Virus record (IMG/VR): IMGVR_UViG_3300031885_000019
Location: 1-52,984 of that record
Reading direction: 5' to 3' (one strand)
Length of the DNA: 52,984 bases
Source: a virus
Lineage: Duplodnaviria; Caudoviricetes
Each line of letters begins with the position of its first letter. Position 1 is the stretch's first letter. Positions 18,436 through 27,641 of the stretch are shown piece after piece. Under the pieces are notes generated by a model, which searched no databases, was not told the DNA's origin, and worked only from the letters and a program-made list of their open reading frames with translations. Position numbers and translations under genes: made by a program.

Positions 18436-18978
18436 TCATGTTGGGCGGGACTTAGGAACAACGCGAATTCCTTTCAGAAACTGGTCGGCATGTTTGTCTG
18501 TGTACCAGACGAACCACGCCGTCGTAACTGAATCTGTTTTGCCATCGCCCGTGAACGAGAATCTTGGGGTCACGATGATCAGGTCTGGCGGATGTGCCTC
18601 TAGCCACGGCCCGCGCTCGTAGGTGGGTTCCAGGAACGACAGTCTGAGTAGGAACGCCACGCCTTGGCGGGCTCCGGGAAGGAGGTTCTTCAGGATGGGG
18701 AATGCTTGGGAGAAGGGAGGATTAGTCACCACCCAATCGTAGATGGCGTTTGTAATGTGGGATTCCCGCGCATCCTCATGGTAATATGCCTCTACGGTCT
18801 TGTCGATGTCGTTGGTTATGGCGACCGTCTTTTCTATATGGCGGGAGAGGGCCAGAACCAGATGCCCCTCCCCGACGCAGGGCTCGAAGATCCTGCCCGC
18901 GACCGGCACATACCTTAGAAGTGCATCGATGGCGGTCTGTGCCTGGAGGGTGTAGTAGGCGTCGTTGTCTCTACGCAT
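18436..18978 (-). CDS. DNA amino-methyltransferase (m6A/m4C)
   Basis: D.YYT, EPCVGEG (SAM binding), TNPPF, LLRLSFLE, WFVW. Confidence 0.85.
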   Translation of the reverse strand: MRRDNDAYYTLQAQTAIDALLRYVPVAGRIFEPCVGEGHLVLALSRHIEKTVAITNDIDKTVEAYYHEDARESHITNAIYDWVVTNPPFSQAFPILKNLLPGARQGVAFLLRLSFLEPTYERGPWLEAHPPDLIIVTPRFSFTGDGKTDSVTTAWFVWYTDKHADQFLKGIRVVPKSRPT

Positions 18979-19162
18979 GGAACGTCAGTTGACTCCCCTC
19001 TGCCCTCTTACCGCAGACAGGGCACTCATAGAGTAGGGTGCCCACGATCCGGCGGTAGGGGTGATTTCCTCCCCACAGGATCCGGCACCAGATCCGGCGG
19101 AGGATCTTCCTAATGAGCATCGATGACGACAGGATGCTCCGGATCGTGTGTGGGTTCACCAT
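18971..19162 (-). CDS. Small zinc-ribbon protein
   Basis: WC...H...ECPVCG. Confidence 0.5.
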   Translation of the reverse strand: MVNPHTIRSILSSSMLIRKILRRIWCRILWGGNHPYRRIVGTLLYECPVCGKRAEGSQLTFHA

Positions 19163-19489
19163 TTAAACATCCTCCACCTGTTGCTCCTGGCACATCTCGG
19201 CGAGCCTTTTCATCAGGACACGTACAAGGCCTATTTGCGCCTGAACACTACCCACGAGTATCAGGAGGTTGTTGGCTGGCTTGCCGTCGGGGGTCAGTAT
19301 CATGGCGTCGTCCTCCACCATGATCCCGAACACCATTCCCAGCACCTTCGCCGGATGTGGCAGTACCTCGGCGAGGGCGGCCTGAATAGACTCCACTGCC
19401 CTCTTCTCATTGATCCCCAGATCGTCCAGGGGGATGTCTCTCTTGAACTCCTGGTATGTGGGATCGCCATTGTTGCCTATCCCATCCAT
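19163..19489 (-). CDS. Hypothetical protein
   Basis: Overlaps the helicase stop; RBS AGAGGAG. Confidence 0.6.
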   Translation of the reverse strand: MDGIGNNGDPTYQEFKRDIPLDDLGINEKRAVESIQAALAEVLPHPAKVLGMVFGIMVEDDAMILTPDGKPANNLLILVGSVQAQIGLVRVLMKRLAEMCQEQQVEDV

Positions 19490-21807
19490 TGTTCGATCTC
19501 CTCTGTCTTTACTTCGGCCACTTGGTACGCCTTCTCCCGTTCGTATGTGCGGCGTCTGGAACGATACTGGCGTCCCAAGTAGAAGCCAGCATCGATGAAA
19601 TCGAATACCGTCAGTCTATCCTTCCCCGGTGAGGCACGCATCCCGCGGCCCACCCGCTGGATGACACGGTGCGGTGCTCGACCACCACCGGCTAGGATGA
19701 GGTGTTCGATGTTGCAAATGTCCAGGCCTTCGTCCGCTATCACTGAAGCTACGACGCAATCTAGGTGCCCTTGCCTCATGTCCTCCCAAATGTCCACACG
19801 TTTGTCGCCCGGCGTGGAGCCGGATGCAAAGGGAACACCGAGCGCATCAGCCAGCAGTTGCCCGTGCTCAATCCTCTCTACGAGGATGAGCGTCGAGCCT
19901 ACCTTACGTAGGGCCTGGACGATAAGAATGATCGTATCATTGCGTACCTGATGTTTCGTAATCCCACTTTCGTAGGCGGTTTGATAGTCGAGGTCGATGG
20001 GTTTCCGGCCAGAGAGTGGACCGACGAGGAAGATGTCGGCTGGCACCAAGCGCCCAGCCTTGATTCCCCCTTCACTTGGCAGGTATGACACCACCGGCCC
20101 CGTCCATGCCATCACGTTCAGGTAGGTGCCTTTGTCCCCACTCTTCGTGGGCGTGGCTGAGTAACCAAAGCGGAAGTACGCTGCTGAAAGGTGTTGCATC
20201 ACGTACTCGTAGGTGTCCGCCCCAACGTGATGGCAGTTGTGGACTAGGACTCCCTCGGCGAAGTAGTTGTGGTTGTCAGCAGTTTCCAAGTCGTAGACAA
20301 CACCATTTGGGCACAGGCCAGTGTGTCGTCCATTGCCTGTTGGTTGGTAAATCTCAACAGAGTCCACCCTTGCGATTCTAAGAAGTGTTCCTTCTTTCGA
20401 TCCCGTTCTTGTTGAATCAGGCGGGCATGTGATCCCCCGTCTATCTCGACGCCCAGGGGCAACCACGGGTGGGCTATGTCGATTTTGTAGTGGCTGGGTA
20501 TTCCTTTCCGGCGCCCCTCCCCTGTCCTTGTCCGGCTGCCGCCAGTCGAAACAGTGACCTCCATCGGCCAGCCGAGAAGTAGGGCCAACCGTTCTTGCGG
20601 GATCGGCGGAGGTCTTCCGTTCCCGCTGCGCAGTATCGGCTTGTGGCCTCGCCGTTTGTGGGTCTCCGATACTTTCTGGCGTATTTCGGGGCGGCGCATC
20701 GGATTGCGCTCTCGCATCCGCGCCGACGCATACAACCTGTTGGTCTGCGCCATTGTCACCGAGGAAATCTCGGCCCGCCGTTTTTGGGAACAGGGACGGC
20801 ATAACGGATAGCCTCTTAGTTTGTCGCGATCCCTCTGGCCCTTCGTGGCTAGGTATTTGCTCCCGCAGGCAGAGCAGTTCTGCTCCTTGAGTGGCGGCGG
20901 CATAGTGGCCAAGGTCATTCCTCCAAACTCGGTGGTCTGCTGTGCTTTTATATGATGCTCTTCCACCACTATGATACACAGTCACAAGGTTTTGGTCAAG
21001 CTGTTGCTGAATATGCCGGATCACAGGTTTCCATTCTGTTTGACCCGACCGATGATCATAGGTCAGTGCCTCTTCTCCTGGGGTCACACATTCAATAGGA
21101 ACCCAGCCGCGACGCATCCGAATCCGTGTACCGGCGGGGAAGCACTCATCCACATGAACCGCTCGGAATTGGCGCAACCACTCAGCCGTTTCCTTGTTGG
21201 TCTCTCGGTTTACCAGCCGGGAGTAGATCGTTTGGAACGTGGCGACGGTTAGTCCCTCCCCGTCTTCCCACCGGCCGTCGCCAACGATTCCCGCCTTGAT
21301 GTGGTAGATATCGCGTGCTCGCTCGGCTAACTGGTAGAGGAGGTCTTTCCGGTGAACAAGGGCGAGGGCGGGCACCCCCAGACGCCTTGTTATTTCGAGT
21401 AACACTATTGTCTTGCCCGATCCGACGGGATGGTGGATGATTCCTCTACCCGTGGCGCAGGCGGCGCCCGCAGCCTCTTCCTGGTAGGTCTTGAGTTTGA
21501 GGGTTGGCAGCGATGGGAATAGACCCGGATCTCCCACTGGGCGGGTGCGCCTATCCTCGATGCTGGCTTGGATGCCGCTGACCTTCAGGCTCTCGACCAC
21601 GTGGCCCACCAGCCCGACCGGGAACCGTCCGTCCTTCTTCACCAAGCAAATTGTTCCATCCCAGTAGCCCATCTTGTAGGCGTTGGAAAAAATGTAGCCT
21701 TTTTGGGTATAGGTAAGGGCGTCCCGGACAAGTGCCCGCACTCCCGGCGGGCCGCTGTCCGTACTGGCCCAGAGGTTGTCCTCGATGACGATGGTGCAGT
21801 CCATCAC
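19477..21807 (-). CDS. SF2 DExH helicase (UvsW/XPB-like) precursor containing an intein
   Basis: PVGSGKT, DE|CHH split by the intein, YSATP, EGLD, QRVGRGMR; 473 aa after removing the intein. Confidence 0.92.
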   Translation of the reverse strand: MMDCTIVIEDNLWASTDSGPPGVRALVRDALTYTQKGYIFSNAYKMGYWDGTICLVKKDGRFPVGLVGHVVESLKVSGIQASIEDRRTRPVGDPGLFPSLPTLKLKTYQEEAAGAACATGRGIIHHPVGSGKTIVLLEITRRLGVPALALVHRKDLLYQLAERARDIYHIKAGIVGDGRWEDGEGLTVATFQTIYSRLVNRETNKETAEWLRQFRAVHVDECFPAGTRIRMRRGWVPIECVTPGEEALTYDHRSGQTEWKPVIRHIQQQLDQNLVTVYHSGGRASYKSTADHRVWRNDLGHYAAATQGAELLCLREQIPSHEGPEGSRQTKRLSVMPSLFPKTAGRDFLGDNGADQQVVCVGADARAQSDAPPRNTPESIGDPQTARPQADTAQRERKTSADPARTVGPTSRLADGGHCFDWRQPDKDRGGAPERNTQPLQNRHSPPVVAPGRRDRRGITCPPDSTRTGSKEGTLLRIARVDSVEIYQPTGNGRHTGLCPNGVVYDLETADNHNYFAEGVLVHNCHHVGADTYEYVMQHLSAAYFRFGYSATPTKSGDKGTYLNVMAWTGPVVSYLPSEGGIKAGRLVPADIFLVGPLSGRKPIDLDYQTAYESGITKHQVRNDTIILIVQALRKVGSTLILVERIEHGQLLADALGVPFASGSTPGDKRVDIWEDMRQGHLDCVVASVIADEGLDICNIEHLILAGGGRAPHRVIQRVGRGMRASPGKDRLTVFDFIDAGFYLGRQYRSRRRTYEREKAYQVAEVKTEEIEQWMG
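20244..20918 (-). CDS. DUF559/Vsr-like endonuclease encoded out of frame inside the intein
   Basis: CSAC...CRPC, NUMOD3-like NPMRRPEIRQKVSETHK, IDIA...VEIDGGSH...RDRKKE.FL..QGWTLLRFTN; GGAGG at 20920-20924; start ATG 20918, TTG 20912 or ATG 20903. Confidence 0.88.
   Translation of the reverse strand: MTLATMPPPLKEQNCSACGSKYLATKGQRDRDKLRGYPLCRPCSQKRRAEISSVTMAQTNRLYASARMRERNPMRRPEIRQKVSETHKRRGHKPILRSGNGRPPPIPQERLALLLGWPMEVTVSTGGSRTRTGEGRRKGIPSHYKIDIAHPWLPLGVEIDGGSHARLIQQERDRKKEHFLESQGWTLLRFTNQQAMDDTLACAQMVLSTTWKLLTTTTTSPRES
20971..20999 (-). promoter_or_regulatory. Internal promoter inside the intein, upstream of the nested endonuclease
   Basis: TTGACC-17 nt-TATCAT in a locally AT-rich patch. 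Confidence 0.65.
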
Positions 21808-22079
21808 TCGACGGGGAGTCCGCGCCAGACACCATTGCCCAGCGACCGCATCGGATGGGTTCCGTTGGCGCAGTAACCTACGTGTTGAACCCTAATCGGG
21901 TTACTTGCTACTACCCAAGGCAATCCGAGTGCGTCTCCTGCTTTGATAACGGCACTCACTTCGTCTTGGGCGAGCACGTCACACCAGGCATACTCCCGCC
22001 CTGTGGTGGTGCGCCTGTCCAGGTAGAGACGGAATGTATGCTGTACAACTTTGCTATGGGTAATCCTTGTGCAACTCAC
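21804..22079 (-). CDS. Hypothetical protein
   Basis: GTGA overlaps on both sides; RBS GGAGGAGG. Confidence 0.55.
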   Translation of the reverse strand: MSCTRITHSKVVQHTFRLYLDRRTTTGREYAWCDVLAQDEVSAVIKAGDALGLPWVVASNPIRVQHVGYCANGTHPMRSLGNGVWRGLPVE

Positions 22080-22246
22080 GTCTCCTCCTCCGTTATCCCG
22101 ATGCAGCCCGACTCTTCCAGCGTATCGAGCGCCCGCCAGATGGCGGATCGGCTGGCGTGGAGGTCAGCCTTCAGCTCTTCCATCGTCCAGTTGCGGCTCG
22201 GCCCCGACAGCAGGTGAAGCAGTCTAGCCTCTAGAGGTTGCGTCAC
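22076..22246 (-). CDS. Small winged-HTH protein (56 aa)
   Basis: Manual translation ...RLLHLLSGPSRNWTMEELKADLHASRSAIWRALDTLEESGCI; RBS AGGAGGG. Confidence 0.7.
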   Translation of the reverse strand: MTQPLEARLLHLLSGPSRNWTMEELKADLHASRSAIWRALDTLEESGCIGITEEET

Positions 22247-22341
22247 TGCTGCCCTCCTGTTCCCCAGCCGACGATGGCTGCGAACAGAATGGCGGCGACC
22301 ACAACGCCAACCGTGATTACGAACAGAAAGTCCTCTATCAT
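22243..22341 (-). CDS. Single-TM peptide (32 aa)
   Basis: MIEDFLFVITVGVVVAAILFAAIVGWG; coupled overlaps on both sides. Confidence 0.5.
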   Translation of the reverse strand: MIEDFLFVITVGVVVAAILFAAIVGWGTGGQQ

Positions 22342-22529
22342 TCCGTCACCAGCCGCAGTTCCCACGGACGCATGTGCCAGATGCCCTTCTTCCCGAAGTC
22401 AACCTTGACTACCGGCATTAGGGTGCCCACGCCCTTCATCTCTACCAGCGTACCCACGTCGCCCTTCTTCGGGCCGGTGTAGTAGCGAGTCTTGATGACC
22501 CGGACTAATGGTGGTTGCGCCTGGTTCAT
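22338..22529 (-). CDS. Small SH3/KOW-like protein
   Basis: VRV...KGDVGTLVE...VKVDF...WELRLV. Confidence 0.5.
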   Translation of the reverse strand: MNQAQPPLVRVIKTRYYTGPKKGDVGTLVEMKGVGTLMPVVKVDFGKKGIWHMRPWELRLVTE

Positions 22530-22777
22530 AGGTCTATGTACAGCCCTGCTGTCGTGTCGAGTTCCCGTAATGCAATGGCGGCAGGGCCAAGTGTCACCAC
22601 CCACCAGAAGATGTGTAGATCAAGGTGGCTCTGCACCGGCGGCCAGACGTGTAGGTGCAGCCCTAACGAACCCCACGGCCCCCGGATAGCGGCTATCCGT
22701 ACCCATCGGCAAGGATTGTACCGACGGAGATATACGAATGGTCCGCAGTCCCATTTGATCCGTAGAGGGTTTGTCAC
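22526..22777 (-). CDS. Hypothetical protein
   Basis: Overlap chain. Confidence 0.5.
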   Translation of the reverse strand: MTNPLRIKWDCGPFVYLRRYNPCRWVRIAAIRGPWGSLGLHLHVWPPVQSHLDLHIFWWVVTLGPAAIALRELDTTAGLYIDL

Positions 22778-23019
22778 AGGGTCGCTCCCATGAGGGTCGG
22801 TTCCTTAGCCTTCCGACCGCCGACCGGGTGAGTCGTTATCAGCGGCAGTGTGTCTATTACGTCCAGCACCCAGCCACAGCAGAGACAGGTCCAGGTCTCA
22901 CCCCATGCGTCCCAGGCGAACCAGAAGTGCTCTCGTCCTTCCCTGCCGCAATGTCCACATTTGGTCGGTCTGGAATCAAGGGCCGCCTTCGATGGGCGGT
23001 ATACTCCTATTGCTAACAT
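22774..23019 (-). CDS. Zinc-ribbon protein
   Basis: CGHCG...CLCCGW. Confidence 0.55.
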   Translation of the reverse strand: MLAIGVYRPSKAALDSRPTKCGHCGREGREHFWFAWDAWGETWTCLCCGWVLDVIDTLPLITTHPVGGRKAKEPTLMGATL

Positions 23020-23234
23020 GGCGGGGATGCCGCTCTCCCTTTCTTGATCTTGTAGCATGTGATGATTGTCTGGTCTCTAACGACGATGGCCATCCCGCCG
23101 CGGCAAAGCACTATCTTGCCGTCCGGCCGCTGGCCGCTCCACTCCGGGTCTTCGACCACGGCATCGGCCTCGCCGGGCAGGATGTCGCGGTCTCTCATGG
23201 CTTCAAAACCGTGGGGCGATATACGCAGACCCAC
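23013..23234 (-). CDS. DUF4258-like small protein
   Basis: ISPHG.EAM.DRDI...IVV....IITCY. Confidence 0.55.
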   Translation of the reverse strand: MGLRISPHGFEAMRDRDILPGEADAVVEDPEWSGQRPDGKIVLCRGGMAIVVRDQTIITCYKIKKGRAASPPC

Positions 23235-23236
23235 GG

Positions 23237-23443
23237 CTAGTCTTCATCCTTCTTGCAGGGGGTGAACGTCTCGCCCTCGTTGGCTGTGTACTCGCCGCAG
23301 TTGGGGCAGACACGTTCGGGTGCAGTCTGCGCTAGGTAGTCGTGCCGGAGTTGCTTTGCAACCTCCTGCAACGTGCTGGTCTGCCTCTCGATTTCGTTCA
23401 GGGTGTCGGAGAGCGCAAGGATGCCCAGTTCTATGTCGTCCAC
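23237..23443 (-). CDS. Small coiled-coil/zinc-ribbon protein
   Basis: RBS TGAAGGGAGAG; CPNCG. Confidence 0.55.
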   Translation of the reverse strand: MDDIELGILALSDTLNEIERQTSTLQEVAKQLRHDYLAQTAPERVCPNCGEYTANEGETFTPCKKDED

Positions 23444-23557
23444 GGGTGCCCTCTCCCTTCAGTGGCAGTGGAGGCTGCTTGTCACCCGCCTCGCCGGTCG
23501 GGTGGGCAGTCGTTCCCCCATCCTACCTATATGTTAGACCTTCCACCCCGCCCCGGT

Positions 23558-23785
23558 CTAGTCCTCGACGACCTTCAGGTACGGGTACGTGGTGGGCTGC
23601 GCCCTAATCAGTCGGTGGAACGCCTTGCCTACCGAGTCGGCGCCGATCACAGCTGCGTGGGTCTCCGGCTCGACGTTCAGGTAGTCGTAGGTCGCCCCAC
23701 TTTTGAACGTCACCCGGAGTTTCTTCTCCTCTTCATCGTAGCCGATGGCCACGATGTTCGAGGACTCAACCGCTTTCATATCCAT
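23558..23785 (-). CDS. KTSC domain protein
   Basis: SSNIVAIGYD...LRVTFKSG.TY.Y.NV...ADSVGKAFH. Confidence 0.9.
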   Translation of the reverse strand: MDMKAVESSNIVAIGYDEEEKKLRVTFKSGATYDYLNVEPETHAAVIGADSVGKAFHRLIRAQPTTYPYLKVVED

Positions 23786-23929
23786 GCTTACTCGTCTCCT
23801 TCTCCTTGAATCCCCGCCGGTCGCTCGCCGACAGGTTCTGCCGACGTGCGATTCTGGCTGGCTTCTCTCGCTGGGCTACGGTGTGGTCCCGGCGCCCGTA
23901 TTCCTTGGTCCCCGGCTTCGTCAGCCCCT

Positions 23930-24130
23930 TCATACGTTGCCTTCCTTCCTCCGGCGGTAGCTCCCGGCCGTTACGATGGCCTGTCGGTGGGGCCAGCACT
24001 TACGGCAGAGGAGCAGACTACCCTGTTCGTTGGGGTAGCGCCAGACCTCTCGTCTTCCGCCCGGACACTGACGGCGCGTACTCTGGCAGTAGTCCAGGAC
24101 CGACTCGCCTTTGCCGTTGTCTTCGGTCAT
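23930..24130 (-). CDS. Small Cys protein
   Basis: C...C...LLCRKCW; ATGA overlap. Confidence 0.5.
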   Translation of the reverse strand: MTEDNGKGESVLDYCQSTRRQCPGGRREVWRYPNEQGSLLLCRKCWPHRQAIVTAGSYRRRKEGNV

Positions 24131-24531
24131 TCCGGCTCGTCTACGATGATGTCGAAGTCGTCATTCCACCAGTGCATCACGTGGCCCCGGCGCACGCCGC
24201 CCCATCGCTTATCGTAGCCGGGCTCCTGCGTCTTCATGTCTTCGGCGCTCTCGTCGCGGTCCGTTGCCATCGAGAGCAGATCGGTGCGCTCATGCCAAGC
24301 CTTCTGCCCGGCAAGTAGGGTGGCCTCCTCGCTGGCATACAGCTTCGCCGAGTCCACTAGGCCGCCGTCCAGTACGATAAGGACGTGCGGTTTGGCTGCG
24401 GCCAGCTCGCGGAGCACGTCGATAAGGGTCTCGGCCCGCTCCGGCAGGTTCTCTAGGCCCGGCCCCTTGCCCTTCTCGACCCGATCCCACTGGTCTACTT
24501 GGATGGCTGCTCTCTCGATGATTGCCTTCAT
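24127..24531 (-). CDS. Hypothetical protein
   Basis: RBS GAGGAGAGG before ATG 24531. Confidence 0.55.
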   Translation of the reverse strand: MKAIIERAAIQVDQWDRVEKGKGPGLENLPERAETLIDVLRELAAAKPHVLIVLDGGLVDSAKLYASEEATLLAGQKAWHERTDLLSMATDRDESAEDMKTQEPGYDKRWGGVRRGHVMHWWNDDFDIIVDEPE

Positions 24532-24732
24532 GCCTCTCCTCTCAGGCCCGGAGCCCGTAGGCTTCAAGCCATTCCCAATACCAGAAAAACGACAGGCCGC
24601 CTTTGTGCTGATTCACCAGCGCCTCCCCGCACGGTAGGCAAACCAACCCGCCGTAGCGCCTGAAGTTCTCCGGGTACACGTGCTGGCTGCCGCACAGGTA
24701 GCAGTGGCCTATTTGGTAGGCGGTGTAGTCGA

Positions 24733-24933
24733 TCACTTGTCCGCCCTCTCGGACTGGAACCGCTCTAGGTCGTCTGTTGCCTGCTTCAGGAAGCGGTCTA
24801 CATGGCACCGTCCACCGTGCCGGTAGGCTGCTGCCGCCCCTAAGAGGTAGGCGGCCGCCCGGTTTAGGTGCCGAGCGGGGCCGGTGTCCTCCGGCGGCGC
24901 CGACCTACCAAGTTCAATGTCGTATTGGGTCAT
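24733..24933 (-). CDS. Hypothetical protein
   Basis: ATGA overlap, RBS GGAGG. Confidence 0.5.
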   Translation of the reverse strand: MTQYDIELGRSAPPEDTGPARHLNRAAAYLLGAAAAYRHGGRCHVDRFLKQATDDLERFQSERADK

Positions 24934-25157
24934 GCTTCAACCTCCAATTCGCCTCCTTCTTCTTCCTCCGCACCCACGAAATCCATAACCAACCGCTCGT
25001 CACGTGTGGCCTTTCGCACTCGTGTCTTGCCCTCTCGGAGTTCCAGGTCAAGGGCTACCATCTCTATGCTGTCGGCAATGTTCTCTGCCTCCTTTGGCGT
25101 GTCCGCCTCGACATAGCAGGTCTCTTCCCAGGTGTAGGTTACGACGTACTTGGTCAT
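24930..25157 (-). CDS. Small acidic protein (DpnD/PcfM-like pattern)
   Basis: KYVV......YVEADT.KEAE. Confidence 0.55.
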   Translation of the reverse strand: MTKYVVTYTWEETCYVEADTPKEAENIADSIEMVALDLELREGKTRVRKATRDERLVMDFVGAEEEEGGELEVEA

Positions 25158-25465
25158 GCCTCTTCCTCCTCTTTCCCGCACTCCGCGCACGTCCAATAGG
25201 ACGGTACGCAGGCTATCAGTACGCTCTTGACTTCCTTTACCCCCGGCTCTCCGCACTGGATACAGCGCCGCTCCTTGTGCGACCGCCGCATCCATTGTTC
25301 GAGTGGGGCCAGACCTGGATAGTGCCCGAAGTGGCGGGCCATCTGATTCCAAACCCGCATCTTCCACTGTTCCCACTCGTTGCCCTCGGCGATCTCGTCT
25401 GGTGAGTAACAGTTGAGTTCGCGTTCGGAGGTGGGGCCGAGGTCCGCATCTGTGATGTCTGCCAT
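25154..25465 (-). CDS. Zinc-finger hypothetical protein
   Basis: CIQCG...CAECG; RBS AGGAG. Confidence 0.6.
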   Translation of the reverse strand: MADITDADLGPTSERELNCYSPDEIAEGNEWEQWKMRVWNQMARHFGHYPGLAPLEQWMRRSHKERRCIQCGEPGVKEVKSVLIACVPSYWTCAECGKEEEEA

Positions 25466-25467
25466 GC

Positions 25468-25677
25468 CTAAGCTCCTGCCGCACGCTGGCGGGCTATCGA
25501 CTCGGTGACGGCATCCCGTTCGGCTTCCAGGTTGAGCTTCATGCCATTCAGCCTGGCGATGGCCTGCTCTAGGCTTCGTCCGCGTGTGTCGTCGAACGGG
25601 TCTAGTTGTGCCCTGGCGATGTGGCCCAGAGCCGAATCCACAAACCGCAGAAGCTCCGTTGCCCTTGTTCTACTCAC
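25468..25677 (-). CDS. Small helical protein
   Basis: RBS GAAGGGAG; fills the gap. Confidence 0.55.
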   Translation of the reverse strand: MSRTRATELLRFVDSALGHIARAQLDPFDDTRGRSLEQAIARLNGMKLNLEAERDAVTESIARQRAAGA

Positions 25678-26150
25678 GTCTCAGCTCCCTTCTGTTTCAG
25701 TGCCGGTCAGGTCCAGGTGCCGAAGGGCAGACCGGCGGTGGCCGTCGTTGTCAACCTCTGCGTCGGGCACCCACCCACACAGGAAACACCACCCGACTTT
25801 CGACCGGGTTGCGTTTTCGGTGGGGATGTCGTTCTCCTCGGCGCATTGTACGCAAACGTGATGTACCACGTTGGCATCAACTGTTATTCTAAGAAGCACG
25901 GCCTCTTCCCCTTGCCGCTTCCTTTTCCAACCGCCTCTGGCACCACCAAAAGCGGTGTTGGTATGGCACGCACGAGCCGCAAATGTGGCAGGGCCGAGCC
26001 CCGCGTCTGGAAAACCTAGTCGCCGCCACGTCGAAGCCGACTGGAGATAACCTGTTGTCCCGCCCCAGCCGTGTGCTCGTCGGGTTGGTGAAGTCCGGCC
26101 CCAGGACAACCCTTCTCAGTGGCGTACTCGTTCTCACGCGCCCTTTTCCT

Positions 26151-26348
26151 CTACCGTTGACCTATGCCTTGTACTCCGCCATCCCCTACGCCCGCCACGA
26201 TCCCCAGGACCAAGAGGGCGACGGTGGTAGCAATCGCACTTAGGAGGACAAAGGCAGTCAGACCCCCAAGGATGAGGCCGAAGCCAATGTTGAATGCCTG
26301 CCCGAAGCTGACCTTGATCTCGTGTATGACGCTGGTGGTTTCGTCCAC
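26151..26348 (-). CDS. Small membrane protein
   Basis: Long hydrophobic stretch; RBS GAAGGGAGAG. Confidence 0.6.
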   Translation of the reverse strand: MDETTSVIHEIKVSFGQAFNIGFGLILGGLTAFVLLSAIATTVALLVLGIVAGVGDGGVQGIGQR

Positions 26349-26418
26349 TTGCCCCTCTCCCTTCTCTTAGGCTCTTGCTTCCGGGCCGGAGGCTCTGTCC
26401 GGCCCGGCGTGCCAGGGT

Positions 26419-26751
26419 CTAAGAAGACTGGTGGACTTCTGTAACCGGCAACGCCTTTGTTTCCCGCCTTATACTCCGCGCACGTGTCCCCCCTTCTGCT
26501 AGGAGGCGGGCTAGAAGCTCATACTCTAGCTTTGCCTCCGGATCGCCTCGTTCGCTCTGCGCCTTGGCGTGATCGCGGCGCTGGGCTATGGCTTCGGTTG
26601 GGGTCTGGCCGCTACGGTTCCGGGCCATCAGCTCACCGGCCAGGTTCTTCAGCCGCCACGCCACCATGTAGCCGATGCTGTCCAGTTGGTTCTCCGCTTC
26701 CTTAGCGGCTCTCTCTAACCGGGACTCCCAAAAGGCGCATTCGACGGTCAT
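26419..26751 (-). CDS. Hypothetical protein
   Basis: ATGA overlap. Confidence 0.55.
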   Translation of the reverse strand: MTVECAFWESRLERAAKEAENQLDSIGYMVAWRLKNLAGELMARNRSGQTPTEAIAQRRDHAKAQSERGDPEAKLEYELLARLLAEGGTRARSIRRETKALPVTEVHQSS

Positions 26752-27248
26752 TCAAGCCCCTTGCCTTCCTGTCTTGGTACGACGGCGTATTGCTTCAGCC
26801 ACCGGAGCCCGGCCGCAAGCGTCTTGTGTTCGTGGTAGGCGTAGCGGAAACCGGGATTGCCTTCGTTGACGATGGCCGGGTCCGCACAGTAGGCGGCGTC
26901 GATGAAGGTGTCGATGTAGAGGTGGTCGGGTAGGCCATAGTATTCCGGCCGGGGCATCTCATGCCACTGTTGATCGGTGAGTCCGTTCGGCCGTTGCTTT
27001 CCGAGGCCGCCCCCTAGCCCGATTCCCCCCGCCTTCCCGACACTGTGTAGCCATGCGCCCCCACTGCGCCGGTTGGTGTTGAATCGAATCTCTACGTCTA
27101 GGCCGTATGCTTTGGTGAGCATCTTCGCGGCCCGGACCACAAGGCGATCCAGCTCCTCTGTTGCGCCCTCGTACCCGGCGCCGTACATGAATGGCAGACC
27201 GGGAACGCAGACCTTCCCTTTGTGTCTTGTGATCGTCGGTGTTGTCAT
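26748..27248 (-). CDS. Hypothetical protein
   Basis: ATGA overlap at 27245-27248; start shortened relative to the track. Confidence 0.6.
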   Translation of the reverse strand: MTTPTITRHKGKVCVPGLPFMYGAGYEGATEELDRLVVRAAKMLTKAYGLDVEIRFNTNRRSGGAWLHSVGKAGGIGLGGGLGKQRPNGLTDQQWHEMPRPEYYGLPDHLYIDTFIDAAYCADPAIVNEGNPGFRYAYHEHKTLAAGLRWLKQYAVVPRQEGKGLE

Positions 27249-27409
27249 ACTCTCTTCCTTCTGCGACAGTTCCCGCATTCGGCACGCTTGGGGTCGTCGG
27301 TAGTGGCGGCTAGAATCACCCAACGCCCACAGGCCACGCGGAACACAGCCCAGCCGCTTAGTGATTGGCACGGTTCCTTATCCGTTCTTAGGTGTAGCTT
27401 GACGCGCAT
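27245..27409 (-). CDS. Small zinc-finger protein (54 aa)
   Basis: Manual translation MRVKLHLR...ACG...ECGNC; RBS GGGGAGAG. Confidence 0.55.
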   Translation of the reverse strand: MRVKLHLRTDKEPCQSLSGWAVFRVACGRWVILAATTDDPKRAECGNCRRRKRV

Positions 27410-27641
27410 TATCTTGGCCCTCTCCCCTCTGCGCTCATGGTGAGCACGCTTCCCGTGGCCTACAGGTGGTAGTGGCGGGCGCTCTCGCCCGTTCTCCCGT
27501 GCTTACAGGCTGTAGGCTTTCCGCTATTAGGAGTAGCCGCCCGCCCGCCGCGCACTAGATACGCCGCCATGCCCGCGATCTCTATTAGGATTGGCTGAAT
27601 CGTACGGCAATAGACGGCAACGCCTAGACTCGCCGCCTTCA

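Larger units (their letters stand above)
20236..21144 (-). mobile_element. Intein (303 aa) inserted in helicase motif II
   Basis: Block A CFPAGTRI, block B STADHRVW, blocks F/G VYDLETADNHNYFAEGVLVHN followed by Cys. Confidence 0.93.
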
